Source of the DNA: Leucoraja ocellata
Lineage: Eukaryota
DNA length: 64,000 nucleotides
Assembly: GCA_036785375.1 (NCBI GenBank)
Contig: JAWMAR010000346.1
Location: 1,984,001 to 2,048,000 of the forward strand
Reading direction: 5' to 3'
Shown here one piece after another: positions 37,962 through 50,450 of this stretch. The notes under the pieces are model-generated. The model worked only from the letters and a program-made list of their open reading frames with translations, had not been told where the DNA came from and made no database searches. A program made the position numbers and the translations under genes. Every line of letters starts with the position of its first letter. Position 1 is the stretch's first letter.

Positions 37962-38552
37962 ATGACCCTGACTCCCATGGCTATCTGGACTACCTTTTTC
38001 CCACCCTGCTTCCTGTAAGGACTCCATCCCCTACACCGAATTCCTCCGTCTACGCCTCATCTGCACCCACGATGAGGTGTTCCACACCAGGGCATCGGAG
38101 ATGTCCTCATTCTTCAGGGAAAGGGGGTTCACCTCTTCTACTATAGATGAGGCTCTCATCAGGGTCTCTTCTATGCCGCATGACTCTGCTCTCACTCCGC
38201 ATCCCCCCACTCGTAACAAGGGCAGAGTCCCCCTTGTCCTGACCTTCCACCCTACCAGCCGTCACATACAACAAATAATCCTCCGACATTTTTGCCACCT
38301 CCAACGTGATCCCACCACTTGCCACATTTTCCCATCTCCCCCCCCCCCTGCCTGCTTTCTGCAGAGACCGCTCCCTCCGTAACTCCCTGGTCAATTTGTC
38401 CCTTCCCACCCGAACCAACCCCTCTCTGGGCACTTTCCCTTGCATCCGCAGGAAATGCTACACTTGTCGCTTTACCTCCTCCCTTGACTCCATTGAAGGA
38501 CCCAAGCAGTCTTTCCAGGTGTGGCAGAGGTTCACCTGCACCTCCTCCAACC
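37962..38552 (+). mobile_element. Penelope-like element internal fragment (RT thumb/linker)
   Basis: YLDY...HPASCKDSIPYTEFLRLRLIC...RVPLVLTFHP...FPCIRRKCYTC...FTCTSSN. Confidence 0.9.
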
Positions 38553-38554
38553 AG

Positions 38555-38830
38555 TGATGGAAATGGGGGGGTATGCAGGGGTACGGCGTTCCCCTAGTTT
38601 TCAATTTCCAGCTCGGGTTTAATGAGTACTGCAGAAAGATTTGAGCTGTTTCCCCCTTTATTCAACTCAGACGAAAACGATTTGTTAATGGCCACTGTTA
38701 GCACATTAACAGCCAGTAGTTAACAGGTAGTTATACAATGTGTCATCAATACATCGATCCACATTCCTCAGTAAATGTAATTGTGTTTTAACACCGCGTT
38801 CCTTTGTATAAAATTCAAGGGAGAATTTCT
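38555..38830 (+). mobile_element. Possible DNA-transposon end (hAT-like CAGTG terminus)
   Basis: Abrupt start cagtgatggaaatggggggg...ggggtacggcgttcccc that truncates the Penelope fragment. The other end is not seen. Confidence 0.3.
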
Positions 38831-38832
38831 TA

Positions 38833-39184
38833 CCTTCCACTACCTACAACCTCCAGCAACCACCTGCAACCTCCAGCAACCACCTGCAACCTCCAGCAAC
38901 CACCTGCAACCTCCAGCAACCACCTGCAACCTCCAGCAACCGCCTTCAACTAGCATCGCAACCGGCTTTGACTAAAAAATTACCGATTTTTAAAACGGCA
39001 ACCTATTTTTAGTCGCAGTCGTTTTTGAATTTTTTGTAATAATCGCCGGAACATAGAAGAAGCGGAAACCACTTTCGACCATTAGGGAGACTGACAAAAA
39101 CCTCGGGGAACCGCACGGAAACCTTGGGTTGGGGCACAAAGTCTCCAGAGGTTTCCGTTCAAGTTTCCTATGTGGGACGGGGCA
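38833..39184. mobile_element. MITE family A, longer variant lacking the left terminus
   Basis: Right TIR ...gtttcctatgtgggacggggca|TAA, plus internal sequence absent from the other two copies. Confidence 0.75.
38841..38940 (+). repeat. 20-bp tandem repeat x5 (cacctgcaacctccagcaac)
   Basis: Four perfect units at 38861-38940 plus one variant unit. Confidence 0.95.
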
Positions 39185-40169
39185 TAAGTCTGATTAAAAA
39201 AACTTTAGCATCACAAAATATAAATTTTGTTTAAAAATGTATGAAGTTGTGAATGAACAAATTCGTAAAGCAGGTTTTGTGCTAGGTGTTTAATATCTAG
39301 ATGGTGCCTCTGTGTAGAAATCTAATTGTTGATGTTAACAGATGGTTTTGGCATGATGCTCGCCTCAATACTAAATGGGAAGAGGTCCATTTGCAGATGT
39401 TCATCATCAAACACGGGCTGGTTTATGTTGGTTCAAAGCCAGCTACCATCCCCTGGAGGCTATCATGTGAAATATTGTGTGCAACCATTGCCCTTCTGCT
39501 CACATTGTTCATTAAACCACAGCGGCAAAGCCTACCTGCCTTGACGTTTGGATGGCAGTCAAGGCAATGGCAACAGATGTTGAAAAAATCAGACCAAGGT
39601 TTTTTGTTGCTTTTGAAAAGTTTCGAGTGCAACTGGTAGCTTGTTAACCAATGTAAAGCACTTTGGCCAACGAGAGTTGTTTTTTAAATGTGCTATATAA
39701 ATAAAAATGACTTGACTTGACTTGACTTAACAGAGCTCCCTTGGTCCTGCTAGAAGCAACAAGCCTGAAATGCAGCCTGCTGTTCCTTCTCAATCTAAAA
39801 GAAGGCAGGAAATGGATAGAAAGGCCAGTAACTGCAGACTTCTCCCACTTTGAAGTATCTAACTTCCCCTACATTATTACCGAGTCCAAATGCAGTCAAT
39901 AACATTGTTAGAATACATTTACTCCATGCACTGCAGTGGTTCAAGCAAGTGGGCCATCTCCACAATCAAATAAGCAATTGAGCACAAGTGAATCAATGCT
40001 GTGTTTGTCATAAATGAATATGAAACGAGTATGTACAGCCTTTCTGATTTAAATTATTCCAATATCAAAAGAGCCGATTATAAACTTTGTGGCCAAGCAC
40101 TTACTCCTTTCATAGGTGTGGAGAATACTAATATGCAAGGGCAATTTGGAATCAAGAAGGGGGTGGTGT

Positions 40170-41790
40170 AAGTGCATTTGAAGGGCATCAAGGTAGATAA
40201 ATCTCCATGCTTAATACGATATGATAGTACTTTGATAAGATCTATCCCAGATCATTTGGAGGAGCAAGAGAAGAGGGCAGGAGGGCAAAGGGCACGAGCC
40301 TTGGCAAAGATCTTTGCATCTTTTCCCGTCACAGACAAGGTCCTGGAGGACTGGACAATGTTGTTCCTTTGTTTAAAAAAAGGGGAAAGCTGAGGGAATC
40401 TGGGGAATTGCAGCCTCATATCAGTAGTAATGATTAATGAATCATGAAGCTATTGGAGGGGATTATTTGGGATAGAATTTACTCTCATTTGGAAGTGAAT
40501 GGGCTAATTAGGGACAACCAGCATGGGTTTATACCTGACAATCAAGGTCTTTGTTTTTTGAGGAGGTGACAAAGGTGATCGATAAGGATCAGGTGGTGGT
40601 TATTGCCTGCGTAGATTTTAGTAAGGCAATTGATAAAGTTCCTCATGATAGGCTGATCCAGAAGATTAAGAAGCATGGGATTCACAGTGACTTGGTTGTA
40701 TGGATTCAGAACTGGCGCACTGATGGAAGACAAGAGGTTTGAGATGGAGGGTATTATTCAGGCTGGCCAGTCAAGTTCCGCAGGGATCTGTGCTGTGACC
40801 TCTGTTGGTTGTTCTTGGTCCTCCAAAATATTCCAAATGGAATTTAAACTGGAGGTGGGATATATACAAATGGATTGGACATAAATGTCGATGGGTCAGT
40901 TAGTAAGTTTGCAGATGACATCAAGTTTGTTGGAGTTGGAGACAGTGAGGAAGGCTGTCAAGCTATCCAGTAGTATAGATCAGCTATAAAAATGGGCAGA
41001 GAAATGGCAGATGATGTTTAATCAGAGCAAGTGTAAGGTGAGGTCTATTTGAAGGAGAAAATATACAGTTAATGGCAAGAACCTGAACAGCATTATCGTA
41101 CAGAGGGTCTAAATCCATTCCTCCCTGAAAGTGGCAACACAGGTAGGTAGAATGAGAAGTTGTGTGGTATGCTTGCCATCATTTGTTGTGGAATTGTGTA
41201 TCGGAGTCAGAAATTCATGATGCAGCTTTATAGGGCATCGATTAGGGCGGATTTGGAGTATGCATATATTTGGGGTCACCCCATTACAAAAGGGTGTAGA
41301 GTCATTGGAGAGGGTGCAGACAAGTTATTACCAGGAAACTGCATGGATTAGAGGCATCGGCTAAAAGTAGACACTGGGTAAACTTGGATTGTTTTCTCTG
41401 GCGTGTCAGAGGCTGGAGGGGAGACTTCATACCAGTATATAAAATGATGAGAGGAACAGATAAGATATGCTGTCAGAACCAGTTCCCCAGAGTGGAAATG
41501 TCAAAGACTGGGTAACATAGCTTTAAGGTGAAAGGGGCAACATTTAAAGGTGATGAACGGGATGTTTTTTACACAGCGGGAAGTGTAGGCCTGGAATACA
41601 CTGCCAGGGGGTGGTGGTTGGCCCAGATATGATAGTTAGTGATGTAAGAGACTTTTAGATATGCGCATGGATATTCAGGAATGGAGAGGCATGGATCAAG
41701 TGCAGGCAGATAAATTAGTTAACTTGGCATCATGTTTGGCACAAACATTATGGGCTGAGGGTCCTATTCCTGTTCTATTCTTTATCAAGT
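40170..41790 (+). mobile_element. Degenerate CR1 ORF2 (RT) fragment
   Basis: NQHGF, FFEEVTKVID, DFSKAIDKVPHDRL and SKFADDIK remnants, CR1 UTR. Confidence 0.9.
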
Positions 41791-42204
41791 TACTATGTTC
41801 TGTGCTCTATGTCATTCACTTAAAACTAATACACAAGATGAATGACGTCATACAAGTCATGTGCCACAAGGCAACAACATCATTGTGCAAATGAAGAAAT
41901 ATTAATTGCATGCACTGTTAGTTGATAAAAGTCACTCTGTTAAATTCTACGTCATTTATTGCTCTCATGAGATAATTGGGCAGGAGCACAAGAAATTGAA
42001 CATATGCCGGTTTGGAATGATGAATGAGAATGATGTGGAAGGAATATATGATTCCACTATGGATATTGACAGGTCTGGCAGTATCCATTCAACCACAATG
42101 TTTTGAAATATGAACCCTATTTCTCTCTCTCCAGATGCTGCCTGGTTTGATGAGCATCTCCAGTATCTTTTTTTCAATTTCAGTGGTCACATGCCTGCAT
42201 TTAA

Positions 42205-43227
42205 AAAAAAATTCTTTAACATAGAAATACCCACAACTGATGGAATTAGAAGAGACTGGGAACAAGAATTAGCTATAGAAATTCCAAAAGAGAGCTGGGA
42301 TAATTACTTATTACAGGTGCATAAATGTTCGATCAACGTACGACATACTCTCATCCAATTCAAAACATTACATAGACTATATTATTCAAAAATTAAAATA
42401 AATAAATTCTTCCCTAATGTCTCACCCATCTGTGATAAATGTCTGTGTCAAGAAGCTACCATAGCGCATTCTTTTGTTTTTTGTACAAAAATACAAAAAT
42501 TCTGGAATGAAATATTTGACATATTTACAAAATTAATTAAAATAAAACTGGTACCAAAACCAGAATGGATTATTTTTGGAATATCGGAAGGTAACCCTGG
42601 ACTAAACGTGTTTCAGAAGAATTTACTCAATTACGGGCTAATAACGGGAAAAAAGCTCATACTTAAATTCTGGAAAAATGCGCCCACACCAACAATAAAA
42701 ATGTGGATATCAAATATGTTTGAAACACTACATCTGGAAGAGATGAGATTCCTCTCAGCAGGCAAACCAGACCACTTCCAAAAGACGTGGTCTACGTTTT
42801 TGGAATTATTACAAGCATAAGGTGCAATAGTGATTTTTAAAATAAATAAATAAATAAATAAATAAATAAAAGGTTCCAGGATCTGGTAATAAAAAACAAA
42901 ACACCAAAAACAGACTTGGTTGGTAGTCCCCTTTCTGCGGAGTTTAATGTTATAATAGAGTGATTGTTTCTCCTCTCTTTTTCCTTCTTTTCTAGGGTCT
43001 ACTTTCTTTCTTTACTTCCTTCTCTAACTTCTTTTCTAAGGGGCTTTCTTTTCTCAACACTCTCCTGCACATTCACGACTCTTGCGCACTTTCCTTACTT
43101 CCTTTACTTCTATCTTTTTCTCAAAGCTCAAAAAATGAAGCGGTAAAAAATGTAGTAAGACATATGTGTTGTGTATTATTGTAATTTACCGTACTTCTAA
43201 TAAAAATTAAATTAAAAAAAAAAAAAA
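42205..43227 (+). mobile_element. L1-clade LINE 3' end with open ORF2 C-terminus and poly(A)
   Basis: IQFKTLHRLY...CDKC...IAHSFVFC zinc finger, stop at 42820, pyrimidine-rich UTR, AATAAA and A-tail. Confidence 0.85.
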
Positions 43228-43829
43228 TGCAGTTCTATATTAGGTTTCTGTAGATGCCTCGTGGGAGGTTTATTATTCCGAGGAGCCTTGATTGGCATGC
43301 GTCATATTTCATATTGCAAAAATTCCTTCCTTTGCTTATGAATTTTGTTCCATCATTTAAGTAAGATAATTATAACCGGTGCTTCAGTGAGTTGAGATCT
43401 TTTTCGTTGTTATTCCTTTGTCTTTTCGGATTGCAAGCGAAAACGTGCTTGCACAGGTGTCTTGTTCATGCAGTTGGCTGCTAACATGCAGAGCTGTACC
43501 TGGGTACCACTCATCATTAGCACATAGAAACAAAGAAAATAGGTGCAGGAGTAGGCCATTCGGCCCTTCGAGCCTGCACCGCCATTCAATATGATCATGG
43601 CTGATTTGGATAGTCATTTTCCCAAGACCCATTTCATAAATCCAAGCCATTGCCTAAAAAGTATATTTGTGCAAACCGTGGAGAAGTTGGTGGTCTCTCT
43701 TTGACCTTTGTGTTTATGCCTGGGAATTGTGGAGTGGTGCATGAATTAGAGGAGGAGCAGTGGTCAGTATGCAGTGGGGAAGCCATAATAATGGAACAGT
43801 CTCAGCTGCCAGTCTTTGCTGAATGCTTG

Positions 43830-43980
43830 TTTAAGGAAGAACTGCAGATGCTGGAAGAATCAAAGGTAGACCAGAAATGCTGGAGAAACTCAGCGGGCAA
43901 TGCAGCATCTACGGAGAGAAGGAATTCCTGCCTAGATGCTGCCTCACCCGCCGAGTTTCTCCAGCATTTTTTGTCTACCA
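43830..43980. mobile_element. Palindromic Penelope-terminus element
   Basis: Inverted arms. Flanks ttgctgaatgcttg / ttgctggatgcctg form an imperfect TSD. Confidence 0.75.
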
Positions 43981-44229
43981 TTGCTGGATGCCTGGCATGG
44001 TTGAAGCAGGAATCTGAGATTTGTTATGCAGTAGTGAGCATTAAACTGACTGATTGTGGGTAAACCATCAACCACTGTCTGGTACAGATCTATTGTGCAA
44101 ACATTGCAAGCCACAAGCATTTACTGCTCGCGTCATGCTGAGCTAAGGGATCAATGTGTTTGCAAATCTGTTTCAAGCTGATAGTACACATTCATTATTG
44201 CTTCCCTGTACAGATACAACTTGCTTAAA

Positions 44230-45200
44230 AGACTGGAGACACAAGAGACCCTAGAAGCAACAAAAAACAAACTGCTGGAGCAACTCATCGGGTCTGGCAT
44301 GGGGAAAAAAGCAATGGGATTTGGGACCCCTTGTTCAAGACTGGAGTAGAGGGGAGATAGCTGGCAGAAAGGGCTGAGGGGAATGGGTAGGACGAGAGCA
44401 GGTGAGAGGTGGATCCAGGTAAGGAGGCGTAAATTGGCAGATTAGTCAAGTGGAGGAGAGAATGGTAGAGAAAGTCACAAAGGCTGGAGGGGATAAGTGG
44501 AGAAGCCAAGGAGCTGATGGTGGCATCTTCTTGTCCGACTCCTCCATTGCCAGTGTGAGGCCACATGAGAACTGGAAGACCAGCACCTCGTATTCCACTT
44601 GGGGAGACTACAACCTAAAAAAGGCGTGAATATTGAATTCACCAGTTTCAGGTAAACCCTCCAGATCCTCCCACCTCTAACCTTCTGATGTACCCAGGTG
44701 TTGTCACACAAACCTTTCTTTTCACTCGCCCCGTGACCTTGCTTCTCTATCACCAAAGATCATAGAGCTTTGTCTATCACTTAGTTCCTTTCCTCTCCTT
44801 CACATCCTCCCTCTGCTCATCACCCCCCCTCCCCTTCCACCCCCCCCTCTGTTCCACTACTCACTACCACCATCGTTCTCAACCACATTCGAGCCTCAAC
44901 TTCTTTACTTATCAGATTCCACCGTCTGCAGCCCTTTGTTTCTGCACTCATCACCTCCAGCCTTTCAACCAATCTCCACCTTTCTCTCCCTCACCTGCCA
45001 AAGACCCCCTCCTTAACTTGATCTACCCATCAACTGTCAGCTCCTGGCTTACCCTCTCCCCTCACCATTTTCTGTCTACTGTCCATTCTGGTCTTGGAAA
45101 AGAGTCTCCTGAGAAGGATTCCAACCCAAAATGTCACCTGGTCCTTTTCTCCAGAGATGCTGCCTGACCCGCAGAGTTCCTCCAACATTTTGCCTATATC
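44230..45200. mobile_element. Old Penelope 3' fragment (plus 44530-45200) preceded by an inverted terminus (minus 44230-44520)
   Basis: LLHCQCEAT*ELEDQHLVFHLG remnant, with family terminal repeats at both ends. Confidence 0.65.
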
Positions 45201-45984
45201 TCCCGTGCTGAGATGTTGTCTGTTCGATTGCTTTGACAGATGACGTATGGCGTGCCGAGTTCTTTGTTTTTTTGCTTAAACTCTTTGTTGGATGAAAGGC
45301 TTCTGGAACAGTTGATGTAACATGTGAATAATGTTGGCACTCCGGCACCTACATTCAATGGCATTCATGCTTTCATGTTGCCAACTTCTATTCCTCTTTT
45401 AACCAACAACTCAATGTTGATGTATAGAGCTACCATGCAGCAATGAAGGCAATAATATATAGAGTGTACAATGTAAAGATGAAATAATCTGTACAATTAT
45501 TTGAGCTGTGATGTACGTTATATCCCACCTAAAAATATGGCCTTTATTGGAATTAACTGCAGTGTTTTGATTAATAACCCAGCCGGCAGGGAGGAGCATT
45601 GTAGACTTTTGTTTAATTAAATCCTTTCACCTTATTCCTGACTTTGGCTGAGGGTTAAAAATCATTAACAAAGGAATATTTAGTCACATTATCAGACTGA
45701 AAATGATCCAAACTCTCCCTAGAGGTCCGTCTGTAAATTCAGATGTTGAGGCAATCCAATTGTTTTATAATTTCAAATTATAAATGGTTCAAAAACATTC
45801 ATGATCCCGCATATATAAATCTCATTTATATTCTTAATTTTTTCTACACTAAATATTTGAACTTCATTGACATGCAGGAATTCTCCTAATCAAATGGAAA
45901 CTGTTCATTGCCGCCTGAATCTCTGATCTGCAGTGAATCGGAGAATAATTCCTGATGATCAGAAGCAGGATAATGTGTTTTAAT

Positions 45985-46380
45985 TTAGTTTACGTTAGTT
46001 TACACAGCATGGAAACAAGCCCTTAGTCCCACCGAGACCAAACCATCCCTACTAATTCAATGTGCGGACACTGGTTTATACTTTAGATGGGCACAAAAAG
46101 CTGGAGTAACTCAGTGGGTCGGACAACATCTCTGGAGAAAAGGAATAGGTGATGTTTTGGGTCGACCCAAAACAGTCACACAAATTCTCTGTTACTCCAC
46201 TTTCTCATCCACTCCCTATACACCAGGGGATAATTCACAGAGGCCAATTAATCTACAACTCCGCATGGATTTGGGATGTGGGAGAATAAGGGAGCACCCA
46301 GAGGAAACACATAGGAGAACATGCAAACTCCACACGGACAGCACACGAGGTCAGGATTGAACGCAGATTTCTGGCGTTGT
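45985..46380 (-). mobile_element. V-SINE with nested Penelope-terminus fragment (46085-46170)
   Basis: Minus strand gttcaatcctgacctcg...cgtgtggagtttgcatgttctcc. Confidence 0.7.
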
Positions 46381-46579
46381 GAAGAAATACCATCATGTTC
46401 TTCTGATCCCACCCTTCACCAAGAAACTCAGTGGTAAGCTTCTCAAAATGTTGCATCCTATCATTTGACAGCAATACAGATTAGAAGCTGAGCACATGGT
46501 CCCACTGTGCACTGTACTGCATGCCTTCATTTATTCTCAGTTATTGCTATGGCTATGTGCCAATATGCCTCTACTCTAA

Positions 46580-46805
46580 TACCCCTGTCCCACTTAGGAA
46601 ACCTGAACGGAAACCTCTGGAGACTTTGCGCCCCACCCAAGGTATCCGTGCGGTTCCCGGAGGTTGCAGGTGGTTGCCGGAGGTTGCAGGTAGTGGAAAC
46701 AGGTAGGGAGACTGACAAAAACCCCCGGGAACCACACGGAAACCTTGGGTGGGGCGCAAAGTCTCCAGAGGTTTCCGTTCAGGTTTCCTAAGTGGGACTG
46801 GGGCA
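46580..46805. mobile_element. PIF/Harbinger-type MITE family A, complete
   Basis: TIRs of about 80 bp with TAA on both sides (46577-79 and 46806-08). Confidence 0.88.
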
Positions 46806-47254
46806 TAAGGCTGTCTCCAGGGTTGGAGGATAATCTGCTTTCCCGATGTTGTGTTGGTTCTGAGGTCGGGGAAGGAGCAGGGGGCAGCTGAAGGGGGCGG
46901 GTGGGTGTATAGTTTGCAAGGCGGACCGTTCCTTTCACTGCTTCGTTGTCAATGCATGATCTTCGGTTTCTCAATACAGTGCACGCACACCCATGTCACG
47001 GCAGCACCAGTAATGGAATTCGCCCTTATGGAATTCAGAAAACGCTACCAAAAATTTGAGATACAAAATAAAAATTCACCCTCCACTGAGTTCAGGTGTG
47101 AAGAAAAAACTAAACAAATGCACAATGATATGGAAGCAAAGAATGGTGTCCATTTTGTTGAGGTCTCGCGTTACGGGAAATCACTATATGGATGATTTAC
47201 TACAAATGCAACCTGTCCATAACATGGCAGTGTACAGAACCATCCTGATTGTTC

Positions 47255-47610
47255 ATATGTTATAGGAGCAGGATTAGGCTATTCAGTCTATTGTCTACTC
47301 TGCCTGATTCAATCATGCCTGATCTAACTTTCCCTCTCAACCACAATCTCCTGTCATTACCCCTGACACCCATTATAATCAAGAATCTAAGAATTGCTGG
47401 CTTAAAAATATCCATGGACTTGGCCTCCACTATCTTCTGTGGCAATGACATCCATAGATTCACCACCCTCTGACTAGAGAAATTCCTCCTCATCTCCTTT
47501 CTAAAGGAATGTCCTTTTATTCTGAGGCTATGGCTTCTGGTCCTAGACTCTCCCACTAGTGGAAACATCTTCCACATCCACCCTATCAAGTCCTTTCACT
47601 ATTTGTTAAG
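47255..47610 (-). mobile_element. CR1 LINE 3' fragment
   Basis: MFPLVGESRTRSHSLRIKG...FSSQRVVNLW. Confidence 0.88.
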
Positions 47611-47779
47611 TCTCAACTTTCTGTAAAACACTCATTATATGTTAACCCAATCATTTCTAGGATCATTCTTGATCATTGTGTCTCCTCCACTCTGGTTGGT
47701 CTGGTATGGAGTTGGTGGTGGCCTGGGGAATGGGCAAGTGTGTGTCCAGATCCCAGGTTTGGGAATGTGGGTCTGGAGC

Positions 47780-48130
47780 CTAATGTGCACTCTGCAGCAC
47801 ACACACTCTAACCCGCAGTCGTACTGCACTCTCTATAATAGGCAGACTTTAATTCCCTATCCCACTGTGCACTCCGCAATGGGCAGACTCAAATTCACCA
47901 GTTCACTCTTCAATATGCAAACTCTAATTCACTGTCTCTCTGTGCACTTCACTGTGGGGCAGTTTTCTAATTCATTGTCCCATTGTGCAACATGCTCTCG
48001 GCTAACTCTCTAATGCACTGTCCCACTGTGCACTCTGCTGTTGGTGGGCACTAATGCACTGTCCCATTGTGCTTCTGAATGGTTCCCTAGAGCACTGTCC
48101 CGTCGTGTTAGAGCCTGGTTCTCTAATTCA
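47780..48130 (+). repeat. Degenerate ~41-bp minisatellite
   Basis: About 8 units resembling ctctaattcactgtcccactgtgcactctgcaatgggcaga. Confidence 0.7.
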
Positions 48131-48309
48131 TTAACGAGCAGTGCAACCTTTAACCGTAGATATCTTTAGTGCCAATTATGAGACAGATCCTCACTGTAAG
48201 GTGACATTCCCAAAGTAAACAGCATGGGACTAATTCCCAATCTAGCTGCTGTGGGTGAGTGTGACTATCATGGCATGCATAAGTGATTTAAGGCAGGGCG
48301 ATGAAGCCT

Positions 48310-48760
48310 GTCGGTTGCCAAACACTTTAATTCTCCTTCCCATTCCCACACTGTCCTAGGTCTCCTCCATTGTCAGAGTGAGGCTTAATGAAAATTGGAG
48401 AAACAGCATCCCATTTTTCGCTTGGGCAGCTTCCAGCCCCGTGGTATGATATTGATTTCTCTAACTTCAAGTAATCCCTGCATTCCCTCCCTCTCCATCC
48501 CTATCCCACCCAAGTTGTACCAGCTTCTCATTCTCACCTAGCACACAGCTAACAATGGCCTGTTTCCTTTATCATCGGGTTTTTTTGCATATCTTTTATT
48601 CGTTTGTTCTATATCTCTCAACATCACCGTCTACATTTCTCATTTCCCTTTCCCCTGACTCTAGTCTGAAGAAGGGTCTTGACCCAAAACTTCAGCCATT
48701 CCTTCTGTCCAGAGATGCTGCCTGTCCCACTGAGTTTAGTCCGGCATTTTGTGTCTATCA
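48310..48760 (+). mobile_element. Penelope-like element 3' fragment
   Basis: VAKHFNSPSHSH...KLEKQHPIFRLGS remnant and a mutated hammerhead at about 48666-48692. Confidence 0.85.
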
Positions 48761-48830
48761 AGGTTCTCTACAAGCTGTGTTTGTTGAGAAAACTTTCCCT
48801 AAGGTTCCATCAACGTCACGTTACAACAAT

Positions 48831-49335
48831 GGCGGCATTGTGGCACAGCGGTAGAGCTGCTGGCTTACAGTGGCAGAGACTCGGGTTCCATCCCGACCAC
48901 GGGTGCTTGTCTGTACGAGGTTTGTACAGTCTCCCTGTGACCTGCATGGGTTTTCTCCGAGATCTTTCTCCGAGGTTTCCTCCCACACTCCAAAGACGTA
49001 CAGGTTAGTAGGTTTAAGAAGGAACCGCAGATGCTGGAAAATCGAAGGTACAAAAAAAAGCTGGAGAAACACAGCGGGTGTAGCAGCATCTATGGAGCGA
49101 AGGAAATAGGAAACGTTGCCTATTTCCTTCGCTCCATAGATGCTGCTGCACCCGCTGAGTTTCTCCAACTTTTTTGTGTACTTTCGGGTTAGTAGGTTAA
49201 TTGGCTTGGTGCAAATGTAAATTTGTCCTTAATGTGTATAGGCTAGTGTTAGTGTGCGGGATGATCGCTGGTCGGTGCAGACTCGGTGGGTTGAGGGGCC
49301 TGTTTCTGCGCTGTATCTCTAATCTAAACTAATCA
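48831..49335 (+). mobile_element. Full V-SINE (HE1-like) interrupted by a palindromic Penelope terminus
   Basis: tggcacagcggtagagc A-box, gggttccatccc B-box, V-domain and CR1-like tail. Confidence 0.88.
49015..49186. mobile_element. Palindromic Penelope-terminus element
   Basis: Arms centred on ggaaacgttgcc. Perfect 12-bp TSD ggttagtaggtt at 49003-14 and 49187-98. Confidence 0.85.
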
Positions 49336-50094
49336 AATGGCAGCACCATACAGATATACAATCACTTCTAATTCTGTGAACATTTTTATTCCAGTATGCA
49401 AAACTGCCTTTCCCTTTTCCCAGGGCAGTGCTTCTATCTGTCTTGGTGGGACTCAATGAAGTGTCAACAAATGCTCACTGTGGGCAATGTATTTGCAATG
49501 ATCATTAGCTGTGTTAAGCCCTCACCAGGTTCATTCTATCCGGTAGCAGAAGGACAACAAAGCTGCAGTTAGATGCCCTGAATCATAATTCACTGCAGGT
49601 TCATGTCCAGACCACTGAAGCAAATGAGAGACATAGAAATGCATTCTCTCCTAAACCTGAGCTGTGTGATTAACCATATCACATCATGCTGGTATATCTG
49701 GGAAGCAGGATTGTTGGCCCCATGTGGATATGTTAGCTCAATTTGAGCATGTACAGGCTTATTGTGTCAACAATGCCTGGTCAATAGAATGCACGTCTCA
49801 AGGCAAACATACCGTTTGAAGCCACTTGTCTACTAGGTTAGGGCGCTGCTGTGAATTGAAATGTTTCCAGGGGATATTTTGCAGGGGAAGTTGTACACCT
49901 CATGCTTCAGGTTTAGCACGATCCATGTGAAAAAATGTCTTACAGGAAGCGAATCCCAAGCAGCAGGTGACCAATGAAATCATATTTAAGAGTGAACCCA
50001 CATTGATCTGGAAATAGCCACAGAGCAATCCCACAACTTAACCTGACAAGGTGTCCTGTGTCTGCTTTCTACAGGCGAAGCATGTTTACAGCCG

Positions 50095-50450
50095 ACACAC
50101 ACACACACACACACACACACACCCACGCACGCCCACACGCCCATGCCCACACGCACACCCATACCCAGGTACATGGACACAAGGATATACACACATGCAC
50201 ACAGACACATGCATACAGACACTTGCAGAGATACACACACATGGACAGATACAAATGCACCTAGAGANNNNNNNNNNNNNNNNNNNNNNNNNNNNNNNNN
50301 NNNNNNNNNNNNNNNNNNNNNNNNNNNNNNNNNNNNNNNNNNNNNNNNNNNNNNNNNNNNNNNNNNNNNNNNNNNNNNNNNNNNNNNNNNNNNNNNNNNN
50401 NNNNNNNNNNNNNNNNNNNNNNNNNTATACGCACACAGATATACACACAC
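50095..50450. repeat. (CA)n-rich microsatellite region spanning the assembly gap
   Basis: Pure (AC)n near 50095-50122, then degenerate CA-rich sequence. Confidence 0.9.
50268..50425. other. Assembly gap (N run)
   Basis: Run of N bases. Confidence 0.99.

Noticed and set aside
38841-38940. CRISPR-like regular repeats
   Set aside because: Head-to-tail 20-mers with no spacers, inside a MITE, in a vertebrate genome.
48831-48905. tRNA gene
   Set aside because: It is the tRNA-derived head of a SINE and continues into the V-domain with no complete cloverleaf.
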